Source: an uncultured Methanosarcinaceae archaeon (GTDB lineage: Archaea; Halobacteriota; Methanosarcinia; Methanosarcinales; Methanosarcinaceae). Taken from it: a DNA stretch of 64,000 nt. The notes beneath the pieces were generated by a model. The model was not told the origin of the DNA. It ran no database searches and saw only the letters and a program-made list of their open reading frames with translations. Below are positions 55,103 to 64,000 of the stretch, piece after piece. Where the stretch lies: assembly GCA_963833425.1 (NCBI GenBank), contig CAWHXP010000003.1, positions 352,001 through 416,000 on the forward strand, written 5' to 3'. Made by a program: the position numbers and the translations under genes. Each line of letters starts with the position of its first letter. Position 1 is the stretch's first letter.

Positions 55103-55785
55103 AGATATATGTTCTCACTAAACTTCAGTCCCCTTTATTCCTTGTTAATTTCCTCAACTAATAACTATATAGCAGCTTATAAGAATATAATTTGATTAGT
55201 ATAAATAATCTTCAAAGTAAAAATTGGCACTTAATAAATTTAGAATAATAAATTTAATTTCAAGTGCATAAATTTCTCCGCTGATCACAAAATGATTATT
55301 TCAATAAATTTCACTTGACATAAAGACGCCTTCGTATCCCATTATATGTGACGAAAAATGTCCATATTTCCTTTATATTTGAGAACTGCACTCAACTGAA
55401 GACTAAGTAGCTTTTTTATCCATTTTTTCTCTTTTGAGAACAAATTCCCAAGTACATTCTTCGTATTCTATGGGTGTTAGATTCCAATTAAATTTTGATC
55501 AATGAGAAAGAATTTTTTGATGTTAATTGCAGCTTTAATATCTCTATGATGTTTTCTGTTGAGGCAAATTGTAAACTAATAAAAAAGTCATTCATAACTA
55601 TACAACAAACTGGAACTACTTAGGAGATACGAGATTATTTATATCAGGCTGGCATTTAGCAGGCAAAAAGGTTATCCTATCTTTTTATTCAATGCAAATT
55701 TATTCGAATATACAATTCATCAATACTTTGTATATATCATAAATATCACATATTCTACACATATTACATATTTGAGAGGTAAATT

Positions 55786-56964
55786 ATGTTTCAGATAGGA
55801 GAAGCATTAATGGGGCAGGGCTCAGAGCTTGCCCATGTTGATTTAATGATAGGAGATAAGGTTGGTCCTGTGGGACAGGCTTTTGCAAACGGCCTGACTC
55901 AACTTTCGGCCGGACATACTCCACTTCTGTCCGTCATCAGGCCGAACCTACCACCCAAACCTTCCACCCTTATAATTCCAAAGGTCACGGTAAAGAATAT
56001 GGAGCAGGCAGCAAAGATTTTCGGACCTGCCCAGTCAGCAGTTGCAAAGGCAGTAGCAGACTCTGTCGAAGAAGGCGTAATCTTGAAGGAACAAGTTGAA
56101 AACGTTGTTATCGTAGCAAGCGTCTTCATTCACCCAGAAGCTCGAGACTATAACAAAATTTACAGATATAACTATGGAGCTACAAAACTCGCAATTAAAC
56201 GTGCTATGGAAGGCTTCCCGGATATTGACAGAGTTCTCGAGGAGAGTAATAAGTCCACTCATGCCATTATGGGATTCAAAGTCGTTAGGCTCTGGGACCC
56301 GCCCTATTTACAGATCGCTTTTGATAACCCTAACTTGGAAGCTGCACTTTCTGCGATTTCCCAGATTCCTAACAGCGATCATGTGATCATCGAAGCGGGT
56401 ACGCCTCTTATAAAACGCTATGGTGTTGATATAATCTCAAAAATTAGGCAAGTAAGACCCGATGCTTTCATTGTCGCTGACTTAAAAACCCTTGATACCG
56501 GAAACCTTGAAGCAAGGATGGTAGCAGATGCTGCAGGTGACGCCATTGTAGTCTCTGCTCTTGCTCCAATCAACACTATTGACAAGCTCATCGAAGAAGC
56601 CCATAAAACAGGTATTTATGCAGTCATGGACACCCTCAACCAGCATGATCCAATTTCTGTCCTAAAAAATCTTAAGATTATGCCTGATGTCATTGAACTC
56701 CATCGTGGAATTGACATTGAAAGTACTGAACATGCCTGGGGAGATATTGCTGAGATTAAGAAGGTTGCTCAAAAAGCTTTAATTGCCGTTGCTGGGGGAG
56801 TCCGTCTTGACAAGGTACCTGTGGCTCTAAATCAGGGTGCTGACATTCTTGTTGTCGGACGTGCAATCACCAATGCAAAAGATGTTAGGGAAGTTGCAGA
56901 GCAGTTTATCAACAGCCTTAATAAGCCTGAAATTGACCAGTTCAGAATTATGACGGACTTTTGA
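55786..56964 (+). CDS. fae-hps: Bifunctional formaldehyde-activating enzyme / 3-hexulose-6-phosphate synthase
   Basis: Fae N-terminal domain (IGEAL..AHVDL, GHTPLL, FGPAQ) fused to an HPS domain (IEAGTPLIK, VADLKTLD, VVGRAIT). Confidence 0.95.
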   Translation: MFQIGEALMGQGSELAHVDLMIGDKVGPVGQAFANGLTQLSAGHTPLLSVIRPNLPPKPSTLIIPKVTVKNMEQAAKIFGPAQSAVAKAVADSVEEGVILKEQVENVVIVASVFIHPEARDYNKIYRYNYGATKLAIKRAMEGFPDIDRVLEESNKSTHAIMGFKVVRLWDPPYLQIAFDNPNLEAALSAISQIPNSDHVIIEAGTPLIKRYGVDIISKIRQVRPDAFIVADLKTLDTGNLEARMVADAAGDAIVVSALAPINTIDKLIEEAHKTGIYAVMDTLNQHDPISVLKNLKIMPDVIELHRGIDIESTEHAWGDIAEIKKVAQKALIAVAGGVRLDKVPVALNQGADILVVGRAITNAKDVREVAEQFINSLNKPEIDQFRIMTDF

Positions 56965-57097
56965 GATGATTTTAAATTCCGTAAAAAGCTGCTAAAAAAG
57001 TAAAATATAACACAACTATTAGTAGAAAACTATAAGAGAAAGCGAGAATTTTAATGCTTTCTTTCCATTTTCTATTCGTTTTTCAGGAGGAGATTTT

Positions 57098-57766
57098 TTG
57101 GGTTTACCATTCATTTTACTGAATTTCAAGACTTATATACAGGGCACGGGTCAGAATGCTGTGGAAATTGCAAAGGCCTGTAAAATAGTATCTGAAGAAT
57201 CTGGTATCCAAATTGCGGTGGCTCCCCAGCTTCCGGACATTTACAGAGTAGCCTCGGAAGTTGAACTTCAAGTATTTTCTCAACACATGGATGGAATAGG
57301 AGAAGGAAGCTTTACTGGACATATTTTTGGGAAATGCATAAAAGACGCAGGAGCCTTTGGGACTCTTATAAATCATTCTGAAAGGCGTCTTACCCTTGCA
57401 GATATTGAAGCTTCTCTGAGGGCAGCAAGAGACTTTGGACTAAGAACAGTTATCTGTACTAATAATATCCCTACCACAGTAGCAGCAGCAGCCCTTGGTC
57501 CTGATTATGTTGCACTAGAGCCCCCAGAGTTAATAAGTAGTGGAATCTCAGTCTCTAGGGCCGATCCTGAAGTCGTTAGTGGCTCGGTTGAAGCAGTTGC
57601 AAAAATCAATCCTGAAGTAAAAGTACTTTGTGGAGCCGGAATCTCAAAAGGTGAAGATCTCAGAGCGGCTCTAGATCTTGGATCTGAAGGTGTGCTCTTG
57701 GCATCAGGAATCGTTAAAACAAAAGACCCAAAAATTGCACTTGAAGATCTTATTAGTTTAGTATAA
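57098..57766 (+). CDS. tpiA: Triosephosphate isomerase, archaeal type
   Basis: LNFKTY, INHSERR, ALEPPELI, LCGAGIS, GVLLASG. Confidence 0.95.
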   Translation: MGLPFILLNFKTYIQGTGQNAVEIAKACKIVSEESGIQIAVAPQLPDIYRVASEVELQVFSQHMDGIGEGSFTGHIFGKCIKDAGAFGTLINHSERRLTLADIEASLRAARDFGLRTVICTNNIPTTVAAAALGPDYVALEPPELISSGISVSRADPEVVSGSVEAVAKINPEVKVLCGAGISKGEDLRAALDLGSEGVLLASGIVKTKDPKIALEDLISLV

Positions 57767-58239
57767 GTTTCACTTTCTATATTTTATTCAAAAAAGTATG
57801 GATGTTATGAAATATATAGACCTATTTAAAAATAATTGGACTTGTCAGCCATTTTTATTTTAATATTCTACGATTATTCCGATATATAATCCAAATTTTT
57901 GACGTTTTTTCAAGTTATCACAAGTCTTTAATTGTAAATTCATTCAACTTGGCAAACATAATTCATCGCCAATGATTAAAGAAAATAAGCTCAAAAAACT
58001 TGCCCGCTATATCTTGAATCCGACATTTTGAAGATATGTACGTGTATAAAAAATTAGTTTATTATTTCTGCTAATTAAATTACCAATTTATTGGGCAGTG
58101 AAATTGTACAAAAAACCAATTTAACATCCCTAGCACAGTAATATTTGACTCTTCTATGGCACTTGCTGATTACTTTTTAGACAGGTTTGGAAAATAAAAC
58201 TTGGGATAAAATTCTTGCCCACAATAATGATGAGTCAAT

Positions 58240-58560
58240 TTAAATTGGTAAAGGGCATTTTTTTGAGTTTGATGCAATCGGTATTAATGATCACAATGTA
58301 CGTTTTTTCTTCGATTCTGAACCAAAATATTCTCCTCCAAGAGTGATGACGATTGTAAAAAGCATCACAAAAGGAAAAATCTTTAAAGAATACTCTAAGA
58401 TTAAAAACAGTTAAATGATTGTGAAATATGGATTAATGGTGACTATATGGAACTATGAATAATTATACAAATTCCGATATATAATTAAAAAAGATATTTA
58501 AAATAATGGAAACAAGGAAGAAAAAGAGGCATATAGAAAAAAAATTAAAGTATTTAATTT
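58240..58560 (+). mobile_element. IS200/IS605 TnpA remnant
   Basis: EFDAIGIND..EPKYSPPRVMTIVKSITKGKIFKEYSKIK; stops and frameshifts. Confidence 0.72.
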
Positions 58561-59132
58561 TGAATAATTCCTTTTATAATTTCTTTATATCTATAGCTGT
58601 GGCTTGACATAACTTGCAGCTTTCAGTGGGACATCAAACCGAACTTTTGATTTTGAGTCTGTTGTTTGAAGAATTTCATATTTTTTTGAGTAAATTTTTG
58701 AATATTGAGTAAAATTTATGTCAAAAGGTGGGTAAATTTAAATCGACAAAACAGGAATTTAATACTCCATTGACACCATTTTAATATTTGTTTCTATAGC
58801 ATACAATATGCAAATTCAATACCAAAAATTTGATCGAAAATTGAACAAATAACGATTGAAAAACATAAATAATCGGCCGGATAGAATCATAGAAAATTGG
58901 TCAAAAATTTAATCATATCCATGAGTTGTTGAAAATCGTACTAAAAATACTCAATCTATATTTGTATAAAGTAAAAAATACTTTTTTTTGGTTGATAAAT
59001 TACTAAAGAAACGACTAATGATTGATAACCATACTATTACTTATTTATGTCTCCGAAAATGAAAATATCCTTTTCAACATAAAATTCAAGTTGTCAAATC
59101 GAGATAAAAAATAAAAAAATGATCATAACTTC

Positions 59133-61181
59133 TCAATTCTTTTCAATTGCTTTTTTAAATTTTTTTATTAATTCTCTTACCTGAATTGCGCGCTCAAAGT
59201 CCAACCTTTCTGCAGCCCCCCTCATTTCAACATCAAGCTCGATAATTACATTAGGTATGTCTGTTTTTGGGATGTGTTTGATATCGGTTATATCCACTAC
59301 TTTTTCTCTAATAGGTTTGCAGATAGTTGTCGGTATTATGCCGTGTTCTTTATTGTAAGCTATCTGAATTGAACGACGACGCTCTGTTTCTTTAACTGCT
59401 TTTTTGATGGAATCGGTCATATTGTCTGCATAAAGGACAACCTTTGAACTGGAGTTACGGGCTGCACGGCCTATTATCTGGATGAGACTTTTTGAATTCC
59501 TCAAAAAACCTTCTTTATCGGCATCCAGAATACCAATAAAACCTACTTCTGGGATGTCAAGTCCCTCTCTGAGCAGATTGATACCTACAAGAACATCGAA
59601 TTTGCCAAGACGAAGTTCTCGAATAATTTCGGTTCGCTCTATTGTCTTAATATCAGAATGCAGATAACGAGCTCTAATATCGTTTTTAGCAAGGAATTCA
59701 GTAAGTTCCTCAGCAAGTTTTTTAGTCAGGGTGGTTACAAGGACTCTATCTCCCCTTTTCACTATTTTCCGGATTTCCTGCATAACATCCCTGACCTGAC
59801 CTTCGAGAGGACGAATCTCTACTTCAGGATCAACAAGACCCGTGGGCCTGATTATTTGTTCCACCACCTGGGATGAATGCTCCAGTTCGTAGTCCGCGGG
59901 GGTTGCTGAAACAAATATCACATTTCTCATATACTGTTCGAATTCGTCAAACCTTAGAGGTCGGTTGTCATAGGCGCTTGGAAGCCTGAAACCATAGTCT
60001 ACCAGGCTCTTTTTCCGGGACTTATCTCCGTTATACATTCCATGAAGCTGCGGGATGGTCTGGTGGCTTTCATCAATGACGAGGAGAAAATCTTCAGGGA
60101 AATAATCAAGTAGGCAGAAAGGTTTCTCTCCCTGTTGGCGGTGGTCAAAATGCCTTGAATAGTTCTCGATGCCCTTGCAGTTCCCTGTTTCCTCTATCAT
60201 TTCCATATCATAAAGAGTGCGTTGCTTCAGCCGATGAGATTCAAGTAACCCGAGTTCCGGCAGTCTTTCTTCAAGTTCCTCTATGATGTGCTGAATTGCA
60301 ATTTTTTGTTCCTCCTCTGGAATTACATAATGTTTGGCGGGATATACGAAGAAATAATCCAAGTTTTCAGTTCTCTGTCCGGTCTGCTTATCAACTTCGG
60401 AAATTCGGTCAACCTCATCTCCGAAGAGTTCAATCTTGATGATATTATCAAAGTATCCTGGAATGATGTCAATAACATCCCCTTTTACCCTGAAGCGCCC
60501 TGGCATGAGCTCGAGGTCATTGCGCTCAAACTGGATTTCAATGAGCTTTTGCAGAATTTCTTTTCTTTGAACCTTGTCTCCAACTTTCAGTTCAAACCCC
60601 ATTTCTTGGAAGTTTTCCGGATTTCCAAGACCATAAATACAGGATACTGATGCTACAACTATAACGTCCTGGCGAGACATCAGCGAAGCTGTGGTAGCAA
60701 GGCGCATTTGCTCAATTTTTGGGTTGATCTGGGCATCTTTTTCAATGTATTGATCCTTCGCTGGGAGGTATGACTCTGGCTGATAGTAATCATAATATGA
60801 GACAAAATACTCCACTCTATTCTCTGGAAAAAATTCTCTGAACTCGTTATAAAGCTGTGCAGCAAGGGTCTTATTATGAGCGATTACAAGGGTTGGTTTT
60901 CTGAAATGGTTTATTACATTTGCAACAGTATAAGTTTTCCCGGATCCGGTCACCCCAATAAGAGTCTGAAAATGCTCCTTTTTCGTCATCCCTGTCAGAA
61001 GTTTTTCTATTGCCTCAGGCTGGGAGCCCCTGGGCTCAAAATCGGAAACCAGCTTGAACTGCGGGCTATCACGATATCGGGCATCATGCATTGTTTCGTA
61101 TTTTTCTTTTGATGATTTTTTGGATGATGGTTCGAGTAATGACTCGGATGATAGTTCGTATTTTTGACGCGAGAATTTCAT
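59133..61181 (-). CDS. uvrB: Excinuclease ABC subunit B
   Basis: GVTGSGKT, YYDYYQPE, DESH, GINLLREGLD, IGRAAR, C-terminal UVR domain. Confidence 0.97.
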   Translation of the reverse strand: MKFSRQKYELSSESLLEPSSKKSSKEKYETMHDARYRDSPQFKLVSDFEPRGSQPEAIEKLLTGMTKKEHFQTLIGVTGSGKTYTVANVINHFRKPTLVIAHNKTLAAQLYNEFREFFPENRVEYFVSYYDYYQPESYLPAKDQYIEKDAQINPKIEQMRLATTASLMSRQDVIVVASVSCIYGLGNPENFQEMGFELKVGDKVQRKEILQKLIEIQFERNDLELMPGRFRVKGDVIDIIPGYFDNIIKIELFGDEVDRISEVDKQTGQRTENLDYFFVYPAKHYVIPEEEQKIAIQHIIEELEERLPELGLLESHRLKQRTLYDMEMIEETGNCKGIENYSRHFDHRQQGEKPFCLLDYFPEDFLLVIDESHQTIPQLHGMYNGDKSRKKSLVDYGFRLPSAYDNRPLRFDEFEQYMRNVIFVSATPADYELEHSSQVVEQIIRPTGLVDPEVEIRPLEGQVRDVMQEIRKIVKRGDRVLVTTLTKKLAEELTEFLAKNDIRARYLHSDIKTIERTEIIRELRLGKFDVLVGINLLREGLDIPEVGFIGILDADKEGFLRNSKSLIQIIGRAARNSSSKVVLYADNMTDSIKKAVKETERRRSIQIAYNKEHGIIPTTICKPIREKVVDITDIKHIPKTDIPNVIIELDVEMRGAAERLDFERAIQVRELIKKFKKAIEKN

Positions 61182-61342
61182 GAAACCAAGACCTTAAAAC
61201 GTAAGATATTTTATTATTTACTGGGTTTCTGGCTTTTTACAGTCGCAGAATTTGGGAGATTAAAATGATTTTTCGCGATCCTAGAAAATGAAAAAAAGGT
61301 CTCCAATATGTTGAAAAATTAAATGGAGAAATGTATCTATAA

Positions 61343-62893
61343 TTACTGGATCAATGATTTTTGCCTCAACAGCCGGTTATAGTTGATTGCAAATCTGTGA
61401 GCCTCATCCCTAATCTCTTGAATAAAGAGTGAAGCCTGTTCGTCTCTTTTGATGCGGAGAGGATACTTAAATCCAGGTACATAAATTTCTTCTTCCTTTT
61501 TGGCAATAGAGATGATCGGAATTTTAATTTTCAGCTTTTTAAGTTCCTGAAAAGCTGAAGAAAGCTGTCCTTTTCCTCCATCTATAATAATTAATTCAGG
61601 CATTTCATGTTTGTCTTCAAGCAGGCGGGAATAACGCCTACGAACAACTTCGGCAATGGAAGCAAAGTCGTCAATTCCTTCCACACTCTCGATTTTGAAG
61701 CGACGATAATTATGTTTATCAGGCCGGCCTCCCCGGAACTGCACCATGGAACCTACTTTAGCCATACCTGAAAAATGTGAGATATCGAAACATTCAATAA
61801 CATTCGGAAGCTTGGGCAGAAAAAGCTTGCTTTGTAGAGCTTCTAGTTTATTCTGATCTCCAAAAAATCCTATTTCAACATTCCTCAGTGCAAGGTCGAG
61901 CAGCTCTTTTTTTTCGCCCTGCTTCGGAACCGAAATTTTCACCCTTTTTCCTTTAACTTGCGATAAAAAATATACAAGAGATTCTTCGAGAAGCTCAGGC
62001 AAGATCAGCTCTTCAGGTGGATCATTCTCCGAATAGTACTGTACCAGAAATTCTTCCAGGAAATTTTCCCCAAAAGCAAAGACATAGTCTTGCTTATCTT
62101 CAAGCGTACCTTTATAAACCTTGAAAAGCATGAGATAGATGTTATCATTCCTGATAATATAGTTTAGGACGTCTTCATTATGCTTTTTCTGCCTCTCCAT
62201 ATTTTGTTTTTCATTGAGGTTCTCAAGGGCTGAGACCTCGTTTCTGAGGATCATAGCCTGTTCAAATTGTTGCTTTGAAGCTAGATCTTTCATTTCCTTT
62301 TCCATGGACTCAATAAGCTCTCTGATATTCCCTTTCAGGACATCAGCAGCCCTTTTTACTTTATCTCCGTATTCTTCTGAGGAGATTCTCCCTATACAAG
62401 GTCCGCTACATGCTCCGATATGATATCTAAGACAGGCACGCATCGGCATTTTTTTACAGGTCCTTAGCTGGAATGTCTTTCTTACAACTGCAAAAATGTA
62501 ATCTCTCTCCTTTGCAGAAACAAAGGGCCCAAAGAAATTTCCACTTTCTATTTTCTTCCTGGCAAGCCTGATCCTTGGAAATTTTTCTTCTGTTAAATGG
62601 ATGCAGGCATATCTTTTAGAATCCTTGAGTGCGATATTATACCTTGGCCAGTGTTTCTTAATCAGAGTATTTTCCAGGAGGAAGGCTTCTACTTCAGTAT
62701 TTGTGACAATGAAATCAAGGTTTTTGGCAGCGTGCACAAGGCTCTCTGTTTTCGGGTCAAGATCTCTTTTCTGGAAATAGTTACTCACTCTTTTTTTAAG
62801 ATCTTTTGCCTTACCTACGTACATTACAGCACCCTCTTCATTCTTGAAAAGATAGCATCCGGGCAGGTGAGGAAGAGACTTTAGATCAATCAT
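61343..62893 (-). CDS. uvrC: Excinuclease ABC subunit C
   Basis: GIY-YIG N-terminus (PGCYLF..YVGKAKDL), ECFDISH, IIDGGKGQ, IRDEAHRFA. Confidence 0.96.
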   Translation of the reverse strand: MIDLKSLPHLPGCYLFKNEEGAVMYVGKAKDLKKRVSNYFQKRDLDPKTESLVHAAKNLDFIVTNTEVEAFLLENTLIKKHWPRYNIALKDSKRYACIHLTEEKFPRIRLARKKIESGNFFGPFVSAKERDYIFAVVRKTFQLRTCKKMPMRACLRYHIGACSGPCIGRISSEEYGDKVKRAADVLKGNIRELIESMEKEMKDLASKQQFEQAMILRNEVSALENLNEKQNMERQKKHNEDVLNYIIRNDNIYLMLFKVYKGTLEDKQDYVFAFGENFLEEFLVQYYSENDPPEELILPELLEESLVYFLSQVKGKRVKISVPKQGEKKELLDLALRNVEIGFFGDQNKLEALQSKLFLPKLPNVIECFDISHFSGMAKVGSMVQFRGGRPDKHNYRRFKIESVEGIDDFASIAEVVRRRYSRLLEDKHEMPELIIIDGGKGQLSSAFQELKKLKIKIPIISIAKKEEEIYVPGFKYPLRIKRDEQASLFIQEIRDEAHRFAINYNRLLRQKSLIQ

Positions 62894-62956
62894 CTTCAAA
62901 CCTCGTTCATTTAAGTTTTAAAAACATCCCGTAGATTTTTTCAAATTATTTGCTCT

Positions 62957-64000
62957 TCATAATACTTTGGCTGCCCTATGTTTGAATTCTTGAGATTCCT
63001 CTTCAAAGCCTTTAGAATTTTCATTAATGACATCTTCAAACTCTTCAGAATCTACATCAAGAGATGACTCCTCTTCAGAAATTGTCCCAATGGCCTCTGA
63101 ACCCAATATCTTCAAATCTGAGACTCCTCTTGAAAGCTTGGTAGCAAGGAAACACGCAGTATAGCTCCCCTTAACCAAGGAAACTTCCTCTGGGGTTCCT
63201 ATAGCAATAATTTCTCCGCCAGCATTTCCACCTTCGGGACCTAGATCGATTACATAATCTGCTGATTTAATCACGTCTAGGTTATGCTCGATCACAACTA
63301 CTGTATTATTTTTTGTAACTAAACCATTGAGAACCGAAATCAGTTTTTGAACATCATGAAAATGCAGACCTGTAGTGGGCTCATCTAGAAGATAGATTGT
63401 CATTCCAGTGCCCTTTTTGGAGAGCTCTCTTGTAAGCTTGATTCGCTGCGCTTCCCCTCCAGAAAGGGTTGTTGAACTTTGGCCAAGTTTGATATAACCA
63501 AGCCCGACCCTTGTTAAGGTATCGAGCTTACCTTTAATACCAGGGATATTTTTGAAATGTTCTGAAGCTTCTTCTACCGTCATATCCAGAACTTCTGCAA
63601 TCGATTTGCCCCTATACTTTACTTCTAGGGTTTCCTGATTGTAACGCGTACCTTTACATTCCTCACACTCAATATATACGTCAGGCAGAAAGTTCATTTC
63701 AATTTTTATCAATCCGTCTCCCTGGCAGGCCTCACAGCGTCCTCCCTTTACGTTGAAAGAAAAACGCCCACTTTTGTAACCCCGGATCTTTGCTTCCTTC
63801 GTTTCGGCAAAGGCCTGCCTGATAGTATCAAAAACTTTTGTATAGGTTGCGGGATTCGAGCGTGGAGTCCTACCAATTGGACTCTGGTCGATAACGATTG
63901 CCTTGTCAATCTCAGAATCAAAAACTAAAGTATCATAGTTCCCAGGTGTTACACTCGAATTATATATCTTTTTCATCAGGGCTTTGTACAGAGTATCATA
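62957..64000 (-). CDS. uvrA: Excinuclease ABC subunit A, C-terminal part (runs off window end)
   Basis: [17 protein letters not shown], zinc finger [34 protein letters not shown]. Confidence 0.96.
   Translation of the reverse strand, partial: YDTLYKALMKKIYNSSVTPGNYDTLVFDSEIDKAIVIDQSPIGRTPRSNPATYTKVFDTIRQAFAETKEAKIRGYKSGRFSFNVKGGRCEACQGDGLIKIEMNFLPDVYIECEECKGTRYNQETLEVKYRGKSIAEVLDMTVEEASEHFKNIPGIKGKLDTLTRVGLGYIKLGQSSTTLSGGEAQRIKLTRELSKKGTGMTIYLLDEPTTGLHFHDVQKLISVLNGLVTKNNTVVVIEHNLDVIKSADYVIDLGPEGGNAGGEIIAIGTPEEVSLVKGSYTACFLATKLSRGVSDLKILGSEAIGTISEEESSLDVDSEEFEDVINENSKGFEEESQEFKHRAAKVL

Noticed and set aside
59133..64000. Bacterial-type uvrABC in an archaeon as a novelty
   Set aside because: Well known in mesophilic methanogens including Methanosarcina; composition matches the host.

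Overview
Archaeal DNA of Methanosarcina type (gene content and protein sequences). It is AT-rich and strongly eroded: by my sum about 29 kb of 64 kb (~45%) is intact CDS. Recognisable genes: afpA (partial), frhADGB F420-reducing hydrogenase, ferredoxin + CrtI-like reductase + cofG-cofH-(dead cofH2)-cofC, an adenylate kinase-family gene, a PGF-CTERM surface protein, pepN, pheA, gap, nadK, htpX-pspAB, DUF434, alanine dehydrogenase, fae-hps, tpiA and uvrA(partial)-uvrC-uvrB. There are three tRNAs (Gly-CCC, Ile2-CAT, Asn-GTT) and a decayed tRNA-Asn. The spaces between genes hold pseudogenes (MC1, cofH2, probable suhB, mntP, DUF202), dead IS5/IS200/IS630/ISH3 elements and at least 11 copies of an ~88-bp IS5-derived MITE. 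Best candidate for an undescribed system: a duplicated cassette at 42.4-47.9 kb encoding a secreted His/Gly-rich low-complexity protein (~40 His, aromatic core, VVATP repeats) and a secreted TPR protein. One working copy of each gene has been kept by reciprocal loss, and a shared promoter-like element occurs four times. Also notable: the frh operon is a GC-rich island, and cofG seems to start at ATT.
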